In this document: piece after piece, positions 32,517 through 41,716 of the stretch
Layout: each line of letters begins with the position of its first letter
Numbering within the stretch: position 1 is the stretch's first letter
The notes under the pieces: generated by a model
The model's input: the letters and a program-made list of their open reading frames with translations, nothing else
Database searches by the model: none
Told to the model about the DNA's origin: nothing
Position numbers and translations under genes: made by a program
Source of the DNA: Corallochytrium limacisporum Hawaii
Lineage: Eukaryota; Protista; Pluriformea
Direction of reading: 5' to 3'
Length of the DNA: 64,000 nucleotides
Assembly (NCBI GenBank): GCA_002811645.1
Contig: PDIP01000082.1
Coordinates: forward strand, 112,580 to 176,579

Positions 32517-34451
32517 ATGAGGGTCCCTAAGGTTAGCGTACCGGGATTCTTAGGTTCTTCGCCCAATAAGACCGAAACCAACCTTGAGTTGGAAGGTGGC
32601 CTTCCCGCAGCAGCAGCGAAGTTTGTAGCAAAAATGCGAGCAGAAGGAAAGAACATCAACGCCAACAATCGGATAGGAGTATACATTTTAGACAAGACCA
32701 TTGGTGAGGGAAAGTTTGCGAAAGTTAAGCTTGCTTACCATATGCTTACGGGAGAGAAAGTAGCTATTAAGATTGTAGACAAGACCGCCATTGATGAGTC
32801 CACCCGCGTGAAAGTCATGCGTGAAGTACAGATCATGAAAACGTTGGATCATCCCAGTATTGTCAAACTTTACGAGGTCATTGACACCAGTAAGGCATTG
32901 TACCTGGTCCTCGAGTACTGCAGTGGTGGTGAAATTTTTGACTACATTGTTGCCCATGGACGCCTTCCTGAGAAAGAGGCACGTAAGCATTTCCGCGACA
33001 TCATCTCAGCACTACAGTATTGCCATAGCATGCGGGTAGTTCATCGGGATCTTAAGGCGGAGAACCTCTTGTTAAATGGCAACATGAACATCAAGATCGC
33101 AGACTTTGGGTTCGGAAACAGTGTTTGCAATGGACAACTCATGGATACCTACTGTGGATCACCTCCATATGCCGCCCCTGAAATTTTCATGGGTAAACCT
33201 TACAGTGGCCCTGAAGCGGATGTGTGGAGCTTGGGGGTCATGCTCTTTGTCCTTGTTTGTGGTAGTCTGCCTTTCGATGGTGAGAACCTCAACGACCTCC
33301 GCTCGAATGTTTGCAGTGGTCGCATCCGCATTCCATTTTTCATGAGCTACGAATGTGAATCGCTCCTGAAGCGTATGCTCGTTGTCGATCCCCGCCGGCG
33401 GTCAACGTGTGCTGAGCTGCTGAGCGATCCTTGGATCAACCTTGGATATGATAAAATTCAAGTTCCATATGAACCTGTTCCTGAGAATCAGATTAGTGCT
33501 GACATCGAGCATGCTGTTCTTGAGGAAATGGCTAAAATGGGCTTTGAGCAGAGTGCAGTGAAGAAGAGCCTAAAGAAAAATGCCTATGACTCGAATGCCT
33601 CTACATATTTCCTCATGCGCGATTTGATGGCCCGCGATGGTCGCCTGCGCGCATCCCCGATGGCCAAACATAGCAAGGCCAAGGAAACTGAAACTGAAAC
33701 GGACTCCATACGGACTCCACGCCGCCGACATCAGTCCATGGTTGTTGACGTCAGTCATCTTGCTCGTGTGCGCCGAGAGCAGCAGATTCTGGAGACTGGT
33801 AACTCTCAGACCCTGCCGCTCACTCCAGCGCCTGTTGGCATGCAAACTGCCATCAGCAGCAGCAGTGGCAAGGCCATGGATGCAATCCTCGAATCTCCCC
33901 GCAGTACTGCAGTCGTCAACCAACTGGAGCGCATGCATCAGCGTGGTCTGCGACCACGCCGCGGCGACAGTCAGAAGGAGCGTGAGGGGCGCAGTGCCAG
34001 GGTTCTGCGCCGCGGTTCCGACCGCTCTTACGATCGTGAGGCTCACCGACACTCTCTGGGCTCTGACAGTCCTTCCAGGCGCATTTCTCCACTAAGGCGG
34101 ACTTCTCCTGATGATATGCAGACTGATGACGATGACGGACAGACGCGTGGAGGGAAGTCCGAGGACGTGCCACAGGAGGGCCGTTTTGCATTCAATGAGA
34201 TGATGACATCTGCACGCCCTGCTGACGAAATCATATCTGAGGTCGCTGCAATTCTGCAGAGGCACAGTGTTTCGTTCGAGCAGAGTGGACACTACGCAGT
34301 CACTGCTCGCTACGGTGCCATTGTCACCGAAATTGAGGTCTGCAAGCTCGCTGGTCTGTCAGTTAACTCACTTCGTCTGCGTCGCGTAAGTGGCGACATC
34401 TTCTCCTACAAATCCTTCTGCGAAGCGCTCATAGCGCAGCTGAAGCTTTAA
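32517..34451 (+). CDS. MARK/PAR-1 family AMPK-related kinase with UBA and KA1 domains
   Basis: GEGKFAKVKLA, HRDLKAENLLL, DFGFGN, DTYCGSPPYAAPE, RIPFFMS; UBA (MGFEQ...YDSNASTYFL); KA1 ending RRVSGDIFSYKSFCEALIAQLKL. Confidence 0.93.
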   Translation: MRVPKVSVPGFLGSSPNKTETNLELEGGLPAAAAKFVAKMRAEGKNINANNRIGVYILDKTIGEGKFAKVKLAYHMLTGEKVAIKIVDKTAIDESTRVKVMREVQIMKTLDHPSIVKLYEVIDTSKALYLVLEYCSGGEIFDYIVAHGRLPEKEARKHFRDIISALQYCHSMRVVHRDLKAENLLLNGNMNIKIADFGFGNSVCNGQLMDTYCGSPPYAAPEIFMGKPYSGPEADVWSLGVMLFVLVCGSLPFDGENLNDLRSNVCSGRIRIPFFMSYECESLLKRMLVVDPRRRSTCAELLSDPWINLGYDKIQVPYEPVPENQISADIEHAVLEEMAKMGFEQSAVKKSLKKNAYDSNASTYFLMRDLMARDGRLRASPMAKHSKAKETETETDSIRTPRRRHQSMVVDVSHLARVRREQQILETGNSQTLPLTPAPVGMQTAISSSSGKAMDAILESPRSTAVVNQLERMHQRGLRPRRGDSQKEREGRSARVLRRGSDRSYDREAHRHSLGSDSPSRRISPLRRTSPDDMQTDDDDGQTRGGKSEDVPQEGRFAFNEMMTSARPADEIISEVAAILQRHSVSFEQSGHYAVTARYGAIVTEIEVCKLAGLSVNSLRLRRVSGDIFSYKSFCEALIAQLKL

Positions 34452-34744
34452 AGAAAAGGATATGGGCCTCCAGTACCATACTCCCTTCCATCATGCCTGT
34501 GAAATCCATAAAATCTGTGAAGCAAAGTGCCCATAAACATGTAGAAAGTTCACAACAATGCGGCAATGGCGGATCGTGTCAGTATTCCAGACAAATCATC
34601 TAAGAAAGTTTTATATGAAATGTTGGCATGTCCATCAACAGAAGAATGGACAACATAGAAATATCAACGTTGAAGAACAGACAAAGTCTTGCGGACGAAG
34701 GAATTTTGGGCAATGGAATGATCTATGGACGAGAATATGCATGC

Positions 34745-35755
34745 TTACATGGATGTTCTTGAACCACAACCAAGCATCTCTTCCGCCGCCTTGGCATCCG
34801 CTTCGCGACGCTTTGCGTTGCGACGAGCACGACGTCCCATCTTCTTCCCAGTGGATGTGGGAGTGGATGTGGAAGTCGAGGTTCGGGAGCCAGACGACGA
34901 GGAAGAGCCCCCACCGCCATTAGGAGAACGCCTCTGGGCATTCACAATGTGGGTGGTGGATCCATTTTCGGACTCACGTTTGCGACTCCAATGACCACGA
35001 CCGACACGACGGAAGAGATCTTCTTCGTCGGCCCAGTCGCAATAGTCATATTCGCCCCAGACGTCCTCATGTACATGTTCATGTTCATCCAAGCTGTGCG
35101 AGCGGATGTGGTGATGGCTTGAGAGTTGGAGATCCTCCTCTTCCGCTGCCTCAAAGGCAACGGCGTCATCGGCATTGAAAATCTCTTTCATACCATCACC
35201 GGGCTCAGGAACCTGCAGCCAGCGTGCCTTGGCCATAAGGTCGGCCAAGACACGTTCACCGCCATTGTTGGTGAATTCACCATCATAGCGGAAGGCACAG
35301 GTGATGTGCTCGAATTGAACTTTGCACATAGGGCATCGTTTCTGCTGGTTGCGATACTGGCAGCTTTTAGTCCATTGAAGGATGCAAACCAGGCAAAACT
35401 CATGTCCGCAGTCCAGGGTGGCCTTGCTTTCGAAGAAGAGTTCGTCGAAGCAAATTGCGCAGTGGTCTGGCTCAGAGGAGTTCAGCACAACAGCACGGGT
35501 CGTAGTCGTTTTCGGTGTGTCGTCATTTTGAGAGAAGTGGTCATCGTCAAGGATTTTCGGGGTCGGAGGGTTGTAGAAAGGGTCATTAGCCTTGCATGCC
35601 GCCACTGTCGCTCTAAGAGCGGTACCCCCGGCGGCATCGGCCGCAGCCCCTTCATGAAGAGAAAGTTGGTCCAGCCATGTTTTCAGAGTAGTGTTTTCAG
35701 CAGATGTGGTGGTTGATTCGGTGTTTCGAGTAGCCGTTTCAAATCCAGTAGACAT
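34745..35755 (-). CDS. C3HC4 RING-finger protein (putative E3 ligase)
   Basis: CAIC-x11-CGHEFCLVC...W...CPMCK, followed by an acidic linker and a basic tail. Confidence 0.88.
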   Translation of the reverse strand: MSTGFETATRNTESTTTSAENTTLKTWLDQLSLHEGAAADAAGGTALRATVAACKANDPFYNPPTPKILDDDHFSQNDDTPKTTTTRAVVLNSSEPDHCAICFDELFFESKATLDCGHEFCLVCILQWTKSCQYRNQQKRCPMCKVQFEHITCAFRYDGEFTNNGGERVLADLMAKARWLQVPEPGDGMKEIFNADDAVAFEAAEEEDLQLSSHHHIRSHSLDEHEHVHEDVWGEYDYCDWADEEDLFRRVGRGHWSRKRESENGSTTHIVNAQRRSPNGGGGSSSSSGSRTSTSTSTPTSTGKKMGRRARRNAKRREADAKAAEEMLGCGSRTSM

Positions 35756-38582
35756 CTACGAGTAAAGTGCTAAAGTTAGTGATAGGTGATAAACCAGACT
35801 AGGACACTTTGACTCCCTTGGCTGTCAAAGTGTATGCTTAGGTCTGGTACGACGTGCTCCTTGTGATTTATAAACGCAACCGAATGCCGTGTTGCGCTAT
35901 GTGCTCGCTTGCAAGAGTGCTCAAGAGATCTAGCTCTAGTAGTTTTCTACAGTGTGTGCTTGGTTTGCAACCGTGCACATAGCTTGATGGTATAGATAAA
36001 CCTGTGGTTTACTAGGACCGGTTCTGATGGACAACAATTCATCTTCTGCGGCTCTGTCCACATATACCAGCACAAGCCCGTCAAGAACGCTCAGCCGCGA
36101 AGTTCATGGTTGCTGTGGTTCCTACCCGTAAGTTGCGTAAAAATCGACGCGCGTAAATTCGATCTCTCGCATCCACACAGGTTTGTGTCAGCAGTTGTGC
36201 ACACCCGCCGCGCAGTTTGTTCCCAAAATTGCCCCCCCCTCCCCCCGCGGGGTTGGTGATTGCGTGCTAAACCTCTCGCTGGCTCTCTCTCTCTCTCTCT
36301 ATCTCTACCTCCTCCGGTGCTTCCGATGAACAGAAACTGGCCAGTAACCCCCCTCCCCTTCCCCAAAACCCGCCGGAAACTCGTCCTTTACTGAGTATCG
36401 GCGACGGGCCGCTCAAGCGAAAAAGTGGACGGCGGCGGGTGTGTGTCGCGCAGGTGCACGGAGCAGGGGGAACAGGACGGAGAGCCGGTCGAAGCAAAGA
36501 CCGTGAAAGTTCGCACGGGCCCAGCAAGCACAAGATATTTCAAAGCACAATGCTCACGGTGCGGTGTGCATTGGAGTACATTCACTATTGCCTACGCATC
36601 AATTATAGTTTTGCTGACCTATAATGACAAACGTTCCTGGTACCGGAGCGGGTCCAGGCCCGGCCCCCCGGGGGGGGGGAGGAGCAAGTCTCCGGAAAAT
36701 GTCGCGCGAAGTACTGAATCTACCGAGCACGGCACCCGCGCCCGGTAGATTCAGAGCGGGTTTGGCCTTTTAACCCCGCTCGCCTGGCGCCGGCAAGAAT
36801 GATTAGCTGTGATAGGTCCTCAACTTCGATACTGGCGAACTTTTCATATTAATTCAATGCAGAAATATCAATTGTGAATGCACTACCAGAATATTCCCGC
36901 AACTGCCAAGAGTGCTTGTCGGCCTCCGGAAGATCACGACCCGGGCGCGACTGAACTCCTCCGCTCGCGTCCGCTGGTCGGAATATGGCGACATCGGCCG
37001 ACTGAGGAAGAACGGTAGTTAAAGTACGGCAAGTGTGCGTGTTCAGAGCACGCGAAGGAGGAAGATAAGGAGGCGGTTGTCAGCCCGCAGAAAAATAAAA
37101 AAAAGGGAAGGAAAGGGACAGGGAGCACCGGGAGAGAGAGAGTGAGAGAGAGAGAGGTAGCAATATCTCTCCAACACCTCCTTTCTCACTCACTCACTCA
37201 CTCACTTTCTCTCTCTCTCGGGTCTCTCTCGGGTCTCTCTCGGTCTCTTTCTCTTCCCCCTCTTTTCTTTTTTCTTCTTCGTTCCTTTAATGTTTCCCTT
37301 GCAACAATTAGGTATACCTCCAAGGCCTGGGAGCGTGACGAGTGGGTGGATTCGGTGGGGCAGGAGAGTGGTTCCGTCTCTGTTTCATTTTTTAATTCTT
37401 CCATTTTTTTAACCTTGTCTCTCTCTCTCTCTTCCCTGTGTCTTTTTGTTTTTTTTGTTGTTTTTGTTTGTGGATACGCGGGTGTTCCCATACCAAAACT
37501 ACTGAGAACTGGAGAGAAGGTGTAGAAGGGGGAGGGGGAGGGGGAGTATAGGCTTCTTCCCTTTCCCCCACAACGGCCTTGCTAAATCTTCGTCACCCAC
37601 CCCGCCGGGGCCCGGTGAGACCACACAGAGAGACCGGCCGCAGCAAACTGTCCCTCCCTTCCCGCGCGGAGGAGAAGGAAGGGAGAGTAGGTTAGGTATG
37701 GGATGGTAACGTTAAGTCCCGGGGAAAATGGACAGTTCACAGCAGTAGCAAGAAAACAAAAAAAACGCAGTAATTCAAGTATGGCTGTGCTCCGCGGGGT
37801 TTAACATTGGCATGCAAAAGTACCCCTTTTCCTGTGACGATAACGCCAGCGCAGCATGTTTCAAGGATCTCTCGAAAATCCGGGAGATTACATCGCAACC
37901 TGGCCACTGGCCTCTACTGATTTGGTATGGGAATCTAAGGAGGATGGGCTCCCCACTGGGGGGGGGGGGAGGGGGGTGTACGGGAGGGCAGGAGGGGGAA
38001 ATGTTAAGAAGAAGAAAGACCAGGTACACTGTTTCCCAAACGGAGGCACCGGAGCCATTTTATTCACCAACCAATCACGGCGCTGCACCGCGGGTGCGTG
38101 GTGGTCGCTGGAGCTTCAGACGATCGCGAACTGTTTCCTGTGCTTTTCTTTTTTTGGGCACACGAGGCCCTGCTGTGCCAATGTTCTGCGCTGTGTGAGT
38201 ATTGTGTTTGCGCCCCCGGGGGAGGGGCACCTCCCACTTTTATACCCTGGTCCCCCCCTTTTCGTCGGTAGACGCCCGCAGCCGGGTACACTGCGTGACT
38301 AAAGGGAAGACGAGAGAGTTCAAAGAGGCACCAGGAGAGTTGCAGGAAGAAAAGGGACAGGCGGAAATCCGACACGCTTTGGAAGTTTTTCCTTCTTGGA
38401 TTTTTTTTTTTGCTTTCCAACTTTTCTTTCGTTTCGTTTCTTTCTTGTTTTTAGGCTGGCTCTTTTTTCAAGAGAAAACGGATTTGGTTTCCAGGTCCAA
38501 TACTAAAACAAGAGGGAAAGGGGACAAGAACGAGCTACTTTTGCAATTTTCACGGCGGGCGGGTTGGTGGCGCGAAATATCA

Positions 38583-38606
38583 CCCCCCCCCCCCCCCCCG
38601 GGGGGG
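38583..38606. repeat. C17-G7 palindromic homopolymer element (representative of a dispersed class)
   Basis: Direct reading. Similar elements occur at 1090, 12584, 19116, 24608, 36664, 46675, 46776, 49132, 49309 and 61967. Confidence 0.9.
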
Positions 38607-38854
38607 AGCCTCGCAATTGAAAATGGATCGCGATAGGAAAAGAGGGTTAGCAGGCCGACTGGGTTGCATCCACGAACAACCGTTATACGCGCACAACAAA
38701 ATCAACAGCCAGCCATCAATATACGCAAACGAGGGATCGGTGATGGCACGGCGCACAAATCAATATGCCTGTGTTATCGATCCGAGGTGCGATATTGATC
38801 GATTATATTTGTAGGTCGTACGATGCTTGTATTGATACTATTGTTTCGTGCAGG

Positions 38855-40750
38855 TCAGCTGGCGGTCTTGCTCGCCTTGCTGCGCTGGATCCGGTTCTGT
38901 TTCTTGACCCATTGGGTATGCTTGATTGCAAGCTTACGCTGTGATTGCCAATCTTTCTGAAGGTCTGGGCGTTGTGCGTGGAAGTCATCCAGGATCTGTG
39001 ACAAAGGCTCATGACGGTAGAACATGCGGCCCTTTGGTTCAAAATTTTCCAAGATTCTGGGCGTGAAAAGCCATGTCGGACGTCCCCGAGGGCCAGCCGT
39101 TGCAGACAATCCGGGAATAATTGCATCCATTGTGATGGTTTCAGCCTTTTCCACACGAGAGTCTGTCGCGTCTTGCTTGTCCTGACCAGGGTCCACTAGC
39201 CCGGCTTCTTGGTCGTCATCCTGATCGCCGCCGAAACCAAAGCCAAAGGATTCCTCCGCGTCGTTGAACCGGAGATCCGGGTTCTGGAATCCGAACAGAC
39301 CATCATCAGCACCATCTTGTGCCGTTTCATCGTCCCCAATCAATTTAAACCCGTCCGCCGCATTGTCATCGGGGTCCCTGCTCGTGTTTTTGAACACACT
39401 GCTAATATCATCTGTGGTGGTGACAAACCGGCTTGAGTCAACGGGTGGCTCTGACTCTCCTTCTCCTTTCTTTGCCCTCTTCTTCGGCGCGACTTCTGCG
39501 ATTTCACTATTGTCGGTCTGCCTTTCAAAGTGTTTGGTGTTGTCTGCACTAGGATCGTACCTCAACTTCGACATGTCTTTGAACTGGGGCCGGTCGTCAG
39601 CTGTAGATAGCACACGATTTGTTTGCGACGCGTTTTTCATCAGTGACGCCAGTACACCCAATTGCATATCCTTTTCCTTGTTCAGTTCTTCCTTGGTAAT
39701 GACATCCTCGTCTTGCTCATCGTGATGTCCTTTCGAATCGAGGGAGGCATCATCCCGGAACCTTGCATCCAGACCAAATCGCTCATCTGTGCCAAATTGC
39801 TTCTTCAAGTTCAGAAGATTTCGTCCCTCCTTGCCCTCAAATTCTTCCCTGATCCGGAAATCGTCTCCGTAGTCAGCTTCTCCACTGGCATCTTCATCAT
39901 CACTATCGCCAAGCCAACCCTTCTTCGGGGCCTCAGCCTCTTCCTCCACATTTTCTGAGCCATCAGTTGGTTCAACGTGATCAAACTTAATTGACCGAGA
40001 GGTGTCCGTGGCAATTGAGCGTGAAATTATCTGTCCCTGACGGGTTTGCTCCATTGAAATGCGATCCATTGCATCCCTTCGGCGCAGATCTGCTCCTTGA
40101 GGGATTGTGTCCTCAAGAATTGTTCCCGCAGCCTTCCTCCAAATTTTCTCTGCGTCATCTTCTGCGGATTCGTATTTTGGCCCTTTAAATACCCAATACC
40201 GTTGCCGTTTGATCACATTTAAATTGATGGGTACGCATCTTTCGTGCGCCGGATTCGCTCGCATGTATATCACTGAAGATTTAGGTCTCTTCGATGTTCT
40301 TGCCTTTGCTAATTGCTCCGCGGTAGCATGCGCCCCGGGTGTCATCCTTAGAGACATTAAAGGAGCTGGAGGGACCTCTACATTGACCGGGTTCCCGAAA
40401 CCGGAAGGAAGCGTTTTCAGAATCTTCCTAGGCCCTCGGTCCTCTTCCTGAACGACAGGATCTGTGCGTTTCCAGGTCGGTGACTTTGCCTTAGCTATCC
40501 GTACAGTCGATCCCTTCCACTTTGTGCCACCTAGCGTCGAAATCAAACTAGTAATCTTTGTCTGTGAGGTTGTCAAAGTTATGTGGAGGAAATCTGTCGG
40601 CCTCCCATTCGGTGCAGGCGTTGGGACTGTGATATCCTTCACAGATCCAAATCTTGAGAACCGTGTAATAATTTCATCTTTGCTGGGAATTCCTTTGGAA
40701 AATCCGCCAAGGTATAGGCGGACGTCCTCGTCGGGTACAACTTCCGTCAT
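38855..40750 (-). CDS. NOL8: Nucleolar protein 8-like (N-terminal RRM)
   Basis: RLYLGG...RFSRFGSV...GGTKWKGSTVRIAKAK; F-x-I-x-x-x-FEGKEG..LL.L...FGTDERF.LD.RF; RYDPS. These are motifs I associate with NOL8. Confidence 0.82.
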   Translation of the reverse strand: MTEVVPDEDVRLYLGGFSKGIPSKDEIITRFSRFGSVKDITVPTPAPNGRPTDFLHITLTTSQTKITSLISTLGGTKWKGSTVRIAKAKSPTWKRTDPVVQEEDRGPRKILKTLPSGFGNPVNVEVPPAPLMSLRMTPGAHATAEQLAKARTSKRPKSSVIYMRANPAHERCVPINLNVIKRQRYWVFKGPKYESAEDDAEKIWRKAAGTILEDTIPQGADLRRRDAMDRISMEQTRQGQIISRSIATDTSRSIKFDHVEPTDGSENVEEEAEAPKKGWLGDSDDEDASGEADYGDDFRIREEFEGKEGRNLLNLKKQFGTDERFGLDARFRDDASLDSKGHHDEQDEDVITKEELNKEKDMQLGVLASLMKNASQTNRVLSTADDRPQFKDMSKLRYDPSADNTKHFERQTDNSEIAEVAPKKRAKKGEGESEPPVDSSRFVTTTDDISSVFKNTSRDPDDNAADGFKLIGDDETAQDGADDGLFGFQNPDLRFNDAEESFGFGFGGDQDDDQEAGLVDPGQDKQDATDSRVEKAETITMDAIIPGLSATAGPRGRPTWLFTPRILENFEPKGRMFYRHEPLSQILDDFHAQRPDLQKDWQSQRKLAIKHTQWVKKQNRIQRSKASKTAS

Positions 40751-41041
40751 TCTTTTTGTCTGGTCCGTACCTACATGGTGCTGTGCATGCGTGGGGATAC
40801 GGTTTCACTGAATCCAAATGTCTCTGGACCACGCTATAGTACTATTAGGAGAATTCATACCATTGAACTCGCCTGAAGAATTGCGCACGGTCTGGCTTGG
40901 TTTGTTCTCTCACATACCCGATTAATCAGGACCACACGCGGCTTCACGGAAGGACAGTGTCGCCTGTGTGAGACCCACCCTCTCCCGCGCGGTTCGAGGG
41001 TGTCAGAGGAGAAAGGAACGGGAAAAGGGAAAAAGGGGGGG

Positions 41042-41258
41042 NNNNNNNNNNNNNNNNNNNNNNNNNNNNNNNNNNNNNNNNNNNNNNNNNNNNNNNNNNN
41101 NNNNNNNNNNNNNNNNNNNNNNNNNNNNNNNNNNNNNNNNNNNNNNNNNNNNNNNNNNNNNNNNNNNNNNNNNNNNNNNNNNNNNNNNNNNNNNNNNNNN
41201 NNNNNNNNNNNNNNNNNNNNNNNNNNNNNNNNNNNNNNNNNNNNNNNNNNNNNNNNNN
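41042..41258. other. Assembly gap (N run)
   Basis: 217 N with G8 tracts on both sides. Confidence 1.
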
Positions 41259-41716
41259 GGGGGGGGAATGGGGAAGCAGCAGCGGGGAAGACACCCGGAA
41301 CCTCGACAGGAACGCAGGATGAGAGTTAGGCCCCCCTGGTAGGGGCAAATTGCGCTTGGGGACCACGGTATATTGTGAAAACAGTGACAACCGTCTGTTC
41401 AGCCGGCTTTCCCGACAATGTCCCTTCATGGGACTGCGTGATGTCCACGATATATGGCTGTGGGCATGCCATAGTGGATTGTGGAGAGAGTTCTTCCATA
41501 TCTTGGAACGTCTCTGGTATTTTGAAATTGAAATGCATATGATCAAGTCCGCGTACAGCATTTTCGGTTGCTCTCCAGCGATGTAGAACAGAGGCTTGGT
41601 AGGGGCCAAGCAGAATTTTGGATACTCGAAAGATGTTTGGGGATGATGACTGGGGGTGACTGACCCTATTTTTTACTGCGCAAGACATGATTTTACTTCG
41701 TCTATAAGGCGCCACA

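Noticed and set aside
36754-36781. Hairpin with a GCCTTTTAA loop resembling U5 snRNA loop I
   Set aside because: The invariant U5 loop is GCCUUUUAC, and no Sm site or second stem follows.
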